Of a stretch of 64,000 nucleotides of DNA, positions 25,301 through 39,200 are shown in pieces (the stretch's first letter is position 1; every line of letters begins with the position of its first letter). The notes under the pieces are model-generated. The model was not told the origin of the DNA. It saw nothing but the letters and a program-made list of their open reading frames with translations, and did no database searches. Source of the DNA: Raillietiella orientalis (lineage: Eukaryota); the NCBI GenBank assembly GCA_036172245.1, contig JAYWIR010000004.1, positions 2,852,001 to 2,916,000 on the forward strand, in the 5' to 3' direction. The translations under genes were made by a program, and so were the position numbers.

Positions 25301-26977
25301 CAAAAGTCGGTGTGAAGTGACAAAAGGGACCTTAACAGAACAAGTGAGAGGTCAAGGTGAATGCGTGAAATTATCGCAAGAAAGCATTTGCAATTCAAAT
25401 CAATATTCTGTCGAAAGTGATAGGAGGGAGGCGCGCACATGAAACACATCTGTGTACTTTCAGAACTATTCTTTTTGTTCTTATACATACCCTAAACAGA
25501 GTGCGTTGCCCTTGCACACCCTGCTGCTGCCAGAATAGCCGCTGACCCATCTATTTTCAGTTAGCACGAAATTTGGAAAAAAAAAAAAAAAATGCATGCA
25601 AAGGACAGCTTTCGGTATGATCACTTTGCATGTGACAGGACATATTTTCGATCACTTATTCGCAAATGATTACGTATGCTTGAAGGTACGCTAGTGTACG
25701 TTTTCCCATGAATCTCTGAAGCGAAGAATGTGCGTGTCTATGCATCCCCCATCCACCAAGCCTACTTATGAAATAAAGGCTACTTATTACTCGGTTCAAA
25801 GCGCATTTAATTCCAGAAACTCTTCGTTGTAACGTTTTGTAATCGATGTATGCTAATCACTCGTTGAGACAAAGTGCTTTCCTTGGCTGGTTTCGCCGTG
25901 ATTGCTTGCTGGGCGAACACAAAGAAAGAACTGCACCATTGGGGCTGCTTTCATCATTTCTATGATGGGCTGATTGCTGCTTGCATAGGTAGCAAACATT
26001 TTTGATCCTAGGCATCTTCTGTGATGCTAACCATGATCGCTTCAATTCGATTCTAATCTTTCCGTAATTATTTTTGTTTATAATACCCAGCTTCATTACC
26101 GCGTGTAGATTGAACACATTTTCCGCTACACAGTGATTGCCTACCTTTACGACGTTACATGTGCATTCCCGGATATTTGTTGCAACATTTTTAATGTCTT
26201 ACAAAAATACAACCTTAGTCCGATTTCATTCCATCGCATGTTTTTTTCTGAACATCATGTAATGAATTCTTTAAGATCTTCCAACTTACATCAACATGGT
26301 TACATCTAACAAATTTACATAACTGACCAGTAAGAAACTTTCCTTTTCCATGAAATACCCGTATCCGTGGCATTTCTATCAAATACGGAACTTTAGTATC
26401 ATAACAGCATTTTGGTGTTACCTGTAATATTGAAACCTGTCACATTACTATGGGAGCATGGCTTTAAAATGTAAGGCAGAAGTATGCCATGTAATTGTTA
26501 AATGCCAAAATTGCATTTGCAATGCTTACAATTACGGCATGTTGTTATTTTTTTAAATATTCACGGATGCAAAGTTGAAACTTCAAAGCATTTGCTAATG
26601 CAAATACCCCAATTTACAATGGACTCAGATTACATTTGTTAGTTTGTTCAAACAATTTAGGCAAATAACAACATATAGTTGATAAGAATTAAGGTTCATA
26701 TTTATGGAAATAAAATACCTCAATGCATCCCCTGCTCAAGCTTTGCTCAAAATTACGAAGCTTGAGATCCAAAGTGTAAGCCCATTTTTGTTGTGCCTTA
26801 TTTTGCAACAAATATCGCACAATATTAATTTGGATCCTGCAAGTTAACTAAAAATACCTTCTCCAGTGCAGGAACTTGGGAAAATGTTATATTTAATATG
26901 AGCAAATGGTTTCAGTTTAAAAATATTGACAGAATAAGAAACATTTTGCATGTATCATTTTATGTCAACTTAATTGA

Positions 26978-28690
26978 TCATGAAGCTGCCAAAATCATTG
27001 TATGCTGACCCCCTCCTGCCACTCTCAGCACTTTCCGATTTTCAAGCTGAGCACTAATTACTCTGGTTGGGACATGAACATCGTCTTCTCCCAAACCTAA
27101 CTGATTATTTGTTCCCATTCCCCATGCATACAAGGCACCTTCACAAACAAACAAACAGTGGAAATACAAAGCATATTCCTAAATCTCACATACCTGTGTT
27201 GCTGACAGCATAGGACACAGCTTCTCCACAATCAATATCTGTACACTTGATGTTTTCTAATGTTGGGATAAGGGTGGGTTCTGATGCATCACTACAGGCA
27301 GCACCTAAGCCTAGACGTCCATACTCTTTTCTTCCCAATGAATAAACATGGCCTTCAAATCACCAAGTTCAAAGAATTACAAAAAAAAAAAACAGGTAAC
27401 CTTCTGAATCAAGTGCTAAGACATGATGCTGTCCTCCTGCAATTTTTTTCCATTGCCTCTTAGAAAAATTCCATGAGATAACAGCATGGTTCACTGTTTC
27501 TTTAGTTGGGACAGCTAGCTGATCATAATTATTCAAACCACACACATATATATTATTGCTGCTACGTTCTTTCATGTATGTGGCATAAGAGCTAGCCCAA
27601 CAGTCACTGAAGCAAATGTTGCGCTTTCTCACATTGATAGGCTTTGGAATCAAGCACATATCTGATAACATCTGAAGCATTTGTGGAAAAAAGGGAAATC
27701 TATGCCTACCCCGTCCTCTGCGTCCACCACGTGTTGCAAAAAATCTTGCTACTCGACCTAACTGGCCCTGCTCAGCTGACCCACAAGTGTAAATAAGCCC
27801 CTGATCGGTCAAACAAACAAGATGGTTTACACCAGAACTGATCTTAACAACTTTTGGAAGTGATAATTCCACAGGTTCTGATGATGATGATTCACTATTT
27901 AGTAATCCCAATGCACCAGATGAGTCCTGATAGCTGGGAGTACAGTAGGCATTCCCAAGATAGTTGGACTCACACGAAATATACCCCACACAAAGACCCG
28001 TCCATCAGTTAGTAGAGCAGCAGAATGGGAGTCACCTGCAGATATCTGAGTCACATCACCAGGTAAGGACACTTTGCCAGGCTGAAAATTTTCTTCTTCT
28101 TTTTTTGTCTCCCTGCCAAGAGCATTCTCATCATTGCAGCCCCAAGAGTACACCTACTAGCAATATGATGTTGTCTAGCAATTAATCTCAAGTTACCTCA
28201 TGATTTTCTGTAATGCACAAACTGTGCATTCCTCCTGCACAGATTGCCAAGACATGACCAGGTAAACCTGGCACTACAGCAGCTCTACCTTTATCCAAAA
28301 TATCAGGCCCCAAGCCTAGCTGGCCAACATCCCCTGTACCCATAGCCAATACATCTCCATGTGTCTCTGGTGTAGTAGGAAAGGAAATAGGTTCTAAAAT
28401 GTTCTTTATCATATGATTCTGCACCATCTATCAGGCATTACCTGGAACCAGTTTCCTTGACCTTTTGGCTGGTAATTGTTGGACTTCATTGGCACATAAA
28501 GTTGCAACCCATGGATCAGAAGGGACTGATTTGGGATGTTTACTTATTTTCTTGGAAGTTTGCTGCACACTGTGTAAAGATTTTCCAGCCTTCTGCTTGT
28601 TCTACAGGAATCAGTTTGTAACCTAGCACCTTACCAACTTACCACCAGCTTGGATTTTGGCATATTCAGAATAGCATGTGCCCTTGTCAT
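26978..28690 (-). CDS. RCC1: Regulator of chromosome condensation 1 (Ran GEF); start at 28690 or 28663 (MPKSK)
   Basis: RCC1 repeats: GTGDVGQLGLG, AGGMHSLC, YSWGCNDENALGR, SAGDSHSAAL, VWGIFRDSSGALG, GSAEQGQLGR, RGGRRG, GLNNYDQL, GGQHHVLAL, GRKEYGRLGLG, WGMGTNNQLGLG, GGQHTMIL; basic N-terminal tail; short GT-AG introns. Confidence 0.95.
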
Positions 28691-28960
28691 TGAGAAGACT
28701 TTGTTCTGAAAAGATTTTGGTGATTACTCAATGATTCAAAAGAATACATGAAATTTTCTCATGATATCAAATGACTCGGGACTGTGGGGTTGTCATACCC
28801 AAAACAGACTGCTGCATCTGCTCCCTGCAGAAAAACCCTTTTTCCCATACCCAAGAATTACACCAATTAAGTGGTGAAGTGCTGCACACATGAAGTATTA
28901 TGACAGATTGCAGTAATTAGAAATCTCTGATAACATGGTCGGGGAGTTACAAAGCTGGTC

Positions 28961-30257
28961 TTAACTGGGATAAGGAGCACAACTAATTCCTTGGCTGTCT
29001 TCAAGATATGTGTCTTCCTCCTCACCATCCAGATCATCTGCCAACAAATGGTGCTTGTGGCGCTGTCGAAGAGGAAAGTCAGTGTCCTCACTTGACCTTA
29101 ACTTCCTAAATTCATAGACTAGAGGGAAGATTTGTTCAATAGCAGCCTGGACATTAACAACACTAGGTGCTGATCACATAAGTGGATTTTTTTTTTTTTT
29201 GATAGCTAACACTGTCCCACTCACCAGTCACTGTAATGCTGCCAGTAGAGAAAATCTTGAGAACTGCACGCAATTCTCGAATTTTGAAAGTGGAGCCAGG
29301 ATGAAGTTCTGGTTCATAACTGTAAAGAAAACAATCAAGTGCTGCAAGAACTTTATCTTCTAAGAATCAGTAAATCAGCAAAATAATACTTTGTTGATTT
29401 ACACACCTTGCTTGTGGCTTGTACTTCTCTGAAAAATTTGCAATTTTAATACCAAAAGGCATTGTGCAGGTGCCCAGAACATTGACAATGCGGAAATTGT
29501 GAAAGCGAACTCTAAATCCCAACTTCTGTAATGCACGGGCGAATTTTCTAGCAGCTTTTTTTGAATTCTCTTCACTAAAAATAAGTTTTAAGAGGGTTCA
29601 TCTTTTCAAGCAAGCCAACTGCATTTCATGCAACACTGTTACTAAAACACAGCTTAAAAAAAAAATAATTCAGATTTATATGCATCCATAGCTATGGATA
29701 CATCTGTTTTTCTGCATTCACTGTTTTAAACAAACAAACCTTGTAGCACCAGTACAAGTGATTTTTCCAGATGACCAAATGCTGGCGGTGCATGGTGGAT
29801 TTCGTATTTTCATAGTAACCATCTGAAAAAATTTTTTTTAATTGTACACTGTATTGCAACAATGAAAATTGATTTTCAACGAATCCTTCAAACACATAGG
29901 TACTCCTCACATGTCCCCCAAAACGATTAACAAAGTGCATACAGCGTCAAGATGAAATAAATGCATACATAACTTAAATAGACATTCCATTCTTACCCCA
30001 TTGGCTTTTCGATATTCCACGTTTAATCCATTCATTGCGATTTGACGCAAATTCAAATGGCAACGAACATTAAAATTGCAAACAACATTATTGATTACAA
30101 CACCAATAATAGGTTCTTCATCTTTATTCGTTTCATCAGGTTCACAATCTCTTGTAAACAAGTTTGGTAGGTGACAATTTTCATTGGGAGAAGTATTATC
30201 AAGTGTATTTTTGAGAGTATTATGGTGTTCTGAATTTTCTTCCGAACTTTCTGCCAT
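28961..30257 (-). CDS. TBPL1: TBP-related factor 2 / TBP-like protein 1, ~271 aa; exons 30257-29997, 29822-29740, 29574-29407, 29319-29225, 29169-28961
   Basis: INNVVCNFNVRCHLNLRQIA, TASIWSSGKITCTGATS, ARALQKLGF, IVNVLGTCTMPFGI, SYEPELHPG, LKIFSTGSITVTAP are TRF2-type rather than TBP-type; acidic C-terminal tail. Confidence 0.95.
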
Positions 30258-33200
30258 GTCTAGGCATCTTGAAACATGAGATCTGCTTTCAGATAATACT
30301 TAAATTGCATTCTTTTCAATTTGATTCGATGAATAATTTTTTTTTTTTTTTTCTTATGGAAAGCTTTATAGAATATCAACCAACAACCACGACTGTTTTA
30401 ACTTCAAATTTCGCAATGTAAATTCTACCATAATAAAGCCGATGAACATTTTTGCAAAAATTGCTTCGAGTTTTTCCCAATGACTTTGCTCATCAGTTCT
30501 GAATTTCGGATTTTCTTAGAAACACCAACACGCGTGCGCCGCACACCGAACCGCAATGCAAACTAAATTGCCATTTTAAATTCCCGTATCACACACTCCT
30601 CTGCGGAAGTACGATAAATTCCCAACTTTGCACGAATCTGTGTTCGTCAGATCGGAGTGTGTACAATTTACTGCTTGAAATTATGCTGCTGCATAAATTA
30701 AAATCACGTGTGTTCCCTGCTCTTCCTTTGTTAGGGATGGTTTCGTTCCCGCTGCCAAATTCACGAGGAGGACGGGGATGTTCTGCTTCCTCCTGACGAC
30801 AGGAAATAATCGGAAAAAAAAATATATATATATATAATCATTTTCCAGGAAAAAGACTGTTCTGAAAGATTGACCGGAAAACATGGGAACAACAGGAACA
30901 TCGTACCGAATGCACATGTAACGATGATTCCTTAAAGTATATGCTCATGTAAGCCACAGTAAGAATTTTTTTTTTTTTTTTTTTCCCTCACCCTCAGAAA
31001 GGCTACTCATCACGATAAAAATTTTAATACGTGATGTCGTCAAATAATTAGAAGGATTAAAACAGACGATATTATTAACAAATCTACTACCACTCGTGCT
31101 ATATGTGTAGCTGATCAGTGGGCATGCACAGTTTGTGGTCTTTGAACAGCTTGATGCCTCACAATCCAATTGTGGAATATAATATGCAATGTTTAAAGGG
31201 CAGCACAAAACGAAAGGTATCCAACAGGGAATGGAAAATCGAATTTTTATTTTTATAAACGCCGGAACGAAATTATAAAGATATATATATATATATACAC
31301 ATATAAATACGTTACTGCGGTAAATTGCAAACAGGAAGTTTTAAAAGCAGAGGGAGAATTGCTGCTCACGATTGGCAGTTCTTACAAGACGAAAAGAGAT
31401 GAAGGTACAGTGGTCACAGCATGACATATAAATCACCATTTTTCCAATTGCACACTGCCTTCATGACAGAGCAATTGGCCAAATGGCATTAAGCGCAACA
31501 ACACGAATTCACGGGAAACCTTCTGTGGCTGTGAAGTGAAATTTTTACAATAAAGAATAATGTATTTTTACATTACACTCTTGCGAGTTTGAGGTGTACT
31601 TCACACCCAGTTGATCAGCCCATGCTTTGGAACTCGGAGTTGTATTCCCGTCTGCTCTTTAGCTTTTCGTTAGGTTTTCATACAGTTATTTAAGTAATGA
31701 TTATGGCATGCAGTGTCACTGCAGTGATCTCCTCAATGGTGACTGAAGATTCTTACGGAGAACCTTTCGGATCTACAGAGAGCTTCACACATCTATAGGG
31801 ATTTTGGAATGGCGTGAGAAGGTTGCCAAATTTAAATTGCGTTCTTCAGAATTGCTTAAATCCAAAGGAAGATTGAGTAGCGAAATCATGCAATAAAAGT
31901 CACATTGATTTTCTGCACAAATCGAAATGAGGATTGTGATTTTTCTTTTTTTTTTTTCGACCGCAAGAAAGTTTCATTAATAGTCATGGTCGATATCTGA
32001 CAGCGAAGAAGACCTTGCACCCCAATGTGAAGGGAATGCTCCCAACGTGGTTTCTAAAGGAGCGAAAGCAAGTTATCGATGATTCACGTACTCTTAGATT
32101 GTGTCAATTCCAAGTCAGGAGTGACTTTTGCACCGTTACCACAGTTTGCAATTTCTTAACGTACATACAAAGGATGCTTTTAATGTTTATCTGGAATGGA
32201 GGTTCATTTCGAGACACATATACCGATGATGGCACAGCAGCAAACATGGCCATTCGCTATGAAAACTGGATACAAATAATGTACTTACATTAGCATTTGT
32301 TCCGTCAATAATTACATTCGTTATCATCGTACATTCGATATGGGGAATTCATTGTTGCTTACCGAAAAATCGAAAACAAAGCTTATCGAAATTTCTTGAA
32401 AACACAGCCAACGGCACCGCTGATGTAAACCCATTTTAGCTATTCTGAATTTCTCGATGAGTGATGCAATGCAATGCATTTCCCTTCAGACAATAGCTTT
32501 CGGATACTTACACTTTTACATGCAATGCTTGAGGCACCTTTCGGATCCGAGGAACCCTCTTTTGAGATCCTCGCCTTGGAGCAACCAGGAAAGCCCTCCC
32601 TTTCTCTCCGGTTATGTTGTACTCTGTCGATTCCCACCCGTGCAAACTCTGCCAAAGAAAAGATGCATATAAATCAAAACTGGACGGGCATACTCTTTCC
32701 CTAGTCAATATTTGATAAGCACGTAAATAGTAAGGGAACATTCGACAAGAGCTCTTGAATCTTTTGAAGCAAAATCTCTTTGGGATAACTAGATAAAAAC
32801 AAAGCAAGGAAATTCCTAAGAAAGGAATTATTGCAAGGGGGAATGAACTGATGAATTTTTTATAATCGGTAGTAAACTTGCACTTGAAAAATAGGAATTG
32901 CAGTTTTAAGATTATGCAAAACTCAGAGCCCATGGACTTTTTAATGGCCAACAGAGAAACCACGGAACCCGAATTATGAATGCCCGCTAAAATGCTGAAA
33001 ATAAGAACTCTTGAGACTTCTAGGAGATGTTCTTGAGCATCAAAAATCTGGACAATGCATCACTGTAAAGAATGAAGCGTATCTTTCTTGAGGTGTTTCT
33101 AGACATCATACGAAAAGACTGAAGATTCCCCCAAACCGGGACTCATTAGCAAATTATAGAGAGTACAGATAGATGATTTAGAAGAAGAAGAGAATAGCAC

Positions 33201-36200
33201 TTTTGCAGTCACCTTTGGAGAAATGGCAACACACTGAGCGAAACACATTCCGGCTTGGAGCGAAAAGTACCTGATGGCAATTGTTCAGTAAAGAAAATCA
33301 GCAGCAGCATCCATTCAAAAATTTCATAGAGGAGCGAGTGGGATCAACCGAGGAGAAAATTGGGAAACAAGATAATTAGGCTGTGTTGAAATTTTCATCT
33401 ATCTAAAGATGGCACGTCCCAAACGTGCAGTCCGCGTGTTCCGTTCGGTGCATTTTCTAAACTACCATGTCACTTATGCAGTCAAATCGATTTGCGGACA
33501 GAACGACTCCAGTTCTTCTGGAATAGTAAACAAACAAATAATATAAATATTTTATTGATAATGATGATTTTCTTCCGTTCTTGAACGCGCGGCACACGCA
33601 TCCCTGTTTGTCTTTTAAAATGTTCCAGGAAGACCCAACTCTCCGGCTGAAAGTTTTACCAGAGTTCACGCCAACCAGCAAAGAAAGGCAGCAATCTCAC
33701 GGTGGGTAAAAAGTGCAGTCGCCACCTTCTCACCTTTCGTCATCATATCGACCCATCACTGCGTTCCAGCATCCAATATTGGTCCTCCGAGAGGAGGAGA
33801 AGCCTTCACGTTCTTCTACTCGACGGAGCCGTCATCTAGATGGCTTGCTTGCGCTCAGCCGACTGGGAGCACGAACGTGGATGGAACTCTGCGTCCAGTG
33901 TGAAGAGGGTTGCAGGTCAATTCGACCCGAAAGTGGCACAAGTTCTCGTTTCCCTTCCGAAAGAAGGTAGTGTTCGTGGAGCGGTGGTGGATGTGACATC
34001 ACTAGGCTGTAGATCGACTCACAAATCATGACAACGGTGAAACATGTTTCGTATCTGCTGGTCCAGCGGGAGAATGCCCACTGTGATGTGAGCGAACACA
34101 GTCACTGATCCGCATCATTCAAGTTCTTCACGGAAAAAGTGGAGAAAGATGGACGAAACAACACCGAACGCCTTCCCCATTCTCAGTCACCTGACGGCAA
34201 TCGGTCGACGATGGGGGGGCATAGGTTAGGTCACAAGCGGCGCAAAAAACGATCATATAATCCCGCTGGCAGACACCGAGATCGCATGAGAGCTCCGAGA
34301 CATTTCGAAAAAATAACGAGCAGGGAGGATCCTCAGGTGAGGAGTTCAGGAACGAGAGAAGAAGAGCTGGCTTTACGGATGGCTGACTCCGGTCCATTCC
34401 TCCTCGGAGTAGAAGGGTTTTTGCTCCTCATAAATTTTACTCAAGGGGGGAAAGGTCCCGACACCCTTTTGCAGGCTTCACGGCTGGGCATATGGCGATC
34501 CCAAAGCCGGAATCGCTGCCACCTCCCTTCTAGCCGCTCTGATCCTTACTCCCTGTTTTTCACAGAGATCGCGGCGCTTTCATCGCGGCTCCCCTTGGAC
34601 TTTTCTTCCCCTCCTTCGCCCCCCTTCCCGAACCGACTTTTCCTTTCATTTGTAGGTCGATCTTCTCGTGACTGAGCACTCCAGCGAAACGTAGGTTCCC
34701 TTACAGCAGGGAACAGGGACTCAGGGATATTCAGAGCAAAAAGCCTGTTTTTCTTGTTCCATGGCATGCTGCTTCTTTGATCGGCGACCAATTGCCAACC
34801 AAGCACGGCGGTCCCTGTGCTGGAGCCTCCGGAGAGTCGTGGTCTCCTTGCTCCGAACCTTGACCCCAGGGGAGCGCTTCCAATGACAAGAGACCACAGA
34901 GGGCGTGCGCGCTTGCTGAGCATGTGGTGCACCTGGAAAGAGGCAGGCTGACACTCTTCGTCCTTGAGTAGAAAAACACTTAGCGTTTTTCCACTCAAGA
35001 ACTGAAGCATCATTCCTGTGAACCCACCCATTCAGAGAATTTTTCATGCCAGGCACTCAAGCAGGAGCGGAAACATGCCTTTTGTCTTCCCGAATTTCCA
35101 TATTCCACTTGAGGCCGTTCGCAACTGCTCTCCGGGTTAGGAGAGCTGTGGACTTCCAAAAGCGAACAAGTTAAAGCAAGTTCCCTGAAAAACCGTCGCC
35201 GCTGTTCGTGATGGATTGCGTGGAAGGCGAATAGTAGTACAACTCCGAAGCCATCACGTTTCCTCTTTTGGGATCCTCCCCAAGCAAGGTCCTCCGCTTC
35301 TTCCTTTTTCCCCTTACATTTCCACGGCGCCACCACGCTATCTGAACCCCCTTTCCCCGCCTCTTTTCCCAGAAAACTTCATTGCGGATCCCGGAAACTT
35401 CTCGGGGCAGCAGCGAGAAAGAAATACCGAGAGGAGAAAGGGTGGCAGATTCTCTTGAACATTCAATTCCCATTGGATCTTCACGAGGTTCCTCATCTCT
35501 GGATCACCCATTCGTTTTCTTTGAGTGGACTGCGTGTGCCGGCTGGTACTCGTGTACCAACCTGACCTGTCCGACATGCATCAGGACCATCCGGTTCGAG
35601 CATCCTAAAAGCCAAAAAGAGATGGAGAGAGAGTGAATTATTCGAAGGAGTCGGTGCGAGGAAGATCCAATGAGCAAAATCCTCTCCTGCGTTCCCAAGT
35701 CCGTGGACCCTTGGACGGCGAGGAAATTCCAAAGCTAGGGAGGATGAAATCCAGAATTCCCAAACAGCAAACAATAGACCTTCTTCCTCTAGTGCTTTAC
35801 TGCACACGAGAGGTAGCACATCGCAAGTTTGGACAAGTTCAAATCGGAAAACAGAAGCGAATCAGACACCACATAATCGGCGTGAGCGTAGGAGCAGAAA
35901 TGAAGACAGATTAGGAAGGAATTTGCACAGAAAGAAAATGGTAGAAGATCAAGAAGATGCCATTGCAAAGGTTACTTCGATGAGAAAAAACGCTGGAGTG
36001 TTTAAGAATGGTTTACCACTGACTGGTGCACGGCCCATAAGCACACAGGTTATACCGTTTTTCGTTTACATGATGTAATGTCTGCCTCCTGGACGCTTAC
36101 TTAGCCGGATACCGCGTAACCTTGAAAGAGAATTACACCGCAAAGGTGAAAGTGCTGCTCCGCAATCCTCCCCCAAAGCATCGTCATCCTCGCTACCGTA

Positions 36201-39200
36201 TGAACGCAGAGGAGTTCGTATCTACAAAAAGCGTAACGACGTTTAGTTTCCATTTCATCATGAAAATTTCTCTCCTGCAGTGAATACCATCAGAGTCGAA
36301 CTGAACCTTCACTCCAATTCACATAATCAAGATAAGGAGAGCTGGCAACGAAAAAGATGCTTTCGATGACCGGTTGTAAGCAAGGACGAGAAGCATGCCC
36401 CGACAGCCTTTCATGCTTTCAATGAGATTTTCCCAAGCTGAGAGAGACTATGTCTTTCTAAGGGAGATGCGCCGCTGGTGTGTTCTACACACCTACTATA
36501 GGTAGACGACGAAATACAGTAAAAGAGAGTGAACTGAGGAACACGTAGTGCACACCTCAACTTCAACAGATTCTTGTAGCAAATGTATGTATCTCTAATG
36601 GTACCAATAATATCATTGGCGGTGCGAATACTTCTTGAAGTCAGTGATTGTTGCGAGGTATTGGATGATTAATTTCTCATATCTCCCCGATGGAACTTAC
36701 TCGTGAAACTGGAGGGAAGGAAAACTTCCCCCAATAAAATAAGGGCAGTTTAGGTAGTTCCCGAACACCTTTGCCATATGCTAGTCACCTTGAATGGAAC
36801 AGCACTCCTTGGAAGTGAGTGCTTTATCATTACGTTATGCCTTCTTGCTCATGCCTTATGGGGCTCCCGAAATTCTTTGTTTAAAAATTTGGTGCTACTT
36901 CCTTAGAATGACGCTCGAGTCTCAGAGAACCAATTTCGTTCTACTCCAAGAAGCAACTTTTCATTACGTTTTTGACACAGCCTGCTTTCCTTCTAGACTT
37001 TGCATCGATCCAAAAGTTAAAAGTTTCCTCTTTTTCCTGTGTTCTGGGGGGGAAGAAGCAAAGACATCGCGACTAAGGGTTCATTTTTTTTTTTTTTTTC
37101 TTCTGTCCAGATAAGCAGAATTAGCCTATTTTCGGAGGGGGAAATCATTTCTTTATTCTTCAAGTATTTTCCTTATACGGGATAACGCAGGCCAAGCCCT
37201 AGGATGTGTTGTTTTATTCTTTACTTGGTCAGTGTATTCAAGCAAACGCACGGCGAATATGCCTGTGCGATGAGTAGGTCCGTTGTGGTTCTCGAAGGGT
37301 CAACATAGCAGACTGATGTATTGATTTTTATGCGTATTATAGATAATAGGGCGCGTAATTCCACAATCTTCCCGCCAAGAGAGATATTACCTTTATACAT
37401 ACGGCACAGCATTACAGCTTGCCACATGCCAGTCGCTGCCACCTTTTTCGGACTTTGTCCTGCCCTCAACCTTTCAAATGACAGACTTTGTCGACTGTGG
37501 CACACCTCTTCTTCTACCTCTGTCAACGCTGCACTCCTTTCTCATTTCAAAAATGAGTTCCCAACTCGCAAACCGCTCTTCCAAATTTGTGCGATGCCTT
37601 TTCATGGACGACGTCTTGGCAAATGTAATGTTCATCATCCATTTTGACAAAATTCGGTCCCTCTCTTCGCTTGCTTCTGGCACCACTTGCAATTTTATAT
37701 TACTGCATTCATGAAACCGTAGAAGGAAATCTCGTGTCGCTCAAGGACATTTCAACTACATTAGACAAACTGAAGTCTAAGAGACATCATTCAGTTCTTG
37801 GATTTAGGTGCATAACTGCTTCGGACGATGCGTTTCAGTGTATACTGTCGACCCCGAAATATGAGAAACATTTTTTAAAAATTTTTTTACATCATTTGAG
37901 ATGGTTACTTTTTTGGAATCTTCCCCATGTTAATCATTATGACATTAGGCAGTTAGTGTCTTCAACATTTTGAGCAGACGAATGAATGAGCAGGAGATTA
38001 GGCACAAATAAAGTACAAAATTTACTACGATATACTTCTGCTTCGAAGAGTGGATGCTGCTCCTCCGAAACTGGGAAATTGGAAATCAACTTTGCAAGCT
38101 ATCGTTAAGCACTCTTGGTAAGCAAAAGGAAATAAGAAAGACTGACACCAGGAGAATTTAACCTCGAAGCAGGCAAAAAAGAAAACTTGGATTTCGGTAA
38201 ATCATTCAGAAATTTGAAACCGGAGATTCAAGCAAGCTACTTTCAGCGTTAAAGATGAATAGCAGCACTCACATGTGATGAGCAAACAATTTGATGACAG
38301 GCAAAATCAAACACTGCTGTAATGGAATGTAGAACGTTCGTAGCATAATGCTGTGACGATTCATCCACTTGAATGAAAATGAAAAATAGAAAATGGGCGT
38401 ACAATAAGGATTCCTACGTGAAAAGAAAGCGATAACCTTAGCGTAAAGTAGGATTTTGATATTTTCATAAATAGCAGGAGATCCGAAGCTCTTAACAGAC
38501 CACAGGAAATTCATAACACTTATTATGACGAAAGCCACGACACTCAAAACTCTGGCAGCAACTTCAGCTTCGTTTTACTACATCCAAAAATCCCCTGGGT
38601 CGTTCGGCCTCCCTCGTGTGCAGCTTCAATTTGGGATTCTAGTTGTAAACAGCGTGTCCCGCCCAATACACTGACAGAGCAATACCAGTGTTTTGCTTAG
38701 TCGAACGGCCAGTGTCTGAACAAATAGCTTGAAAGATCTGATTACAGGCCGAAATTCTTGATCTGTTATCTGGACTGAAGGAGTGAAAACTCAAAGTATC
38801 TTTCGGATGATAATTGACACACGCCTTTTTCGCATCCAAGTAAAGATAAATGTCCAAACTTTGCTGCATATCTGCAGTTTGCGTTCATTTCCGATTTATT
38901 TGATCTTTGTGTGATCGTTGGTGCAGTTTATGGTTGCAGGATCCCTCGGCACCTTCTCAGCTGCCTCTTGGACTTTCTAATTCTATTGAATAGCATTCGA
39001 ACAACGGTTTTTCGTCGAAACATGAGAACTTCAGAATTTTCTCCCAAAAGAAGACTTTCATTGGATCCAACGTACCCGAGATAAAAAAAATATGGCAAGA
39101 TCCGTACTCCTAACGATAACATATTTATAGGGTACAGTAATTCGCAAATGCATTAAATTTGTATGGATTCCAGACCTAAAATAAGATTTATCAAGGAACA

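Noticed and set aside
27171..27182. GCATATTCCTA, resembling the U17 snoRNA m1 motif, in an RCC1 intron
   Set aside because: Antisense to RCC1, intron far too short, no m2 or ACA context.
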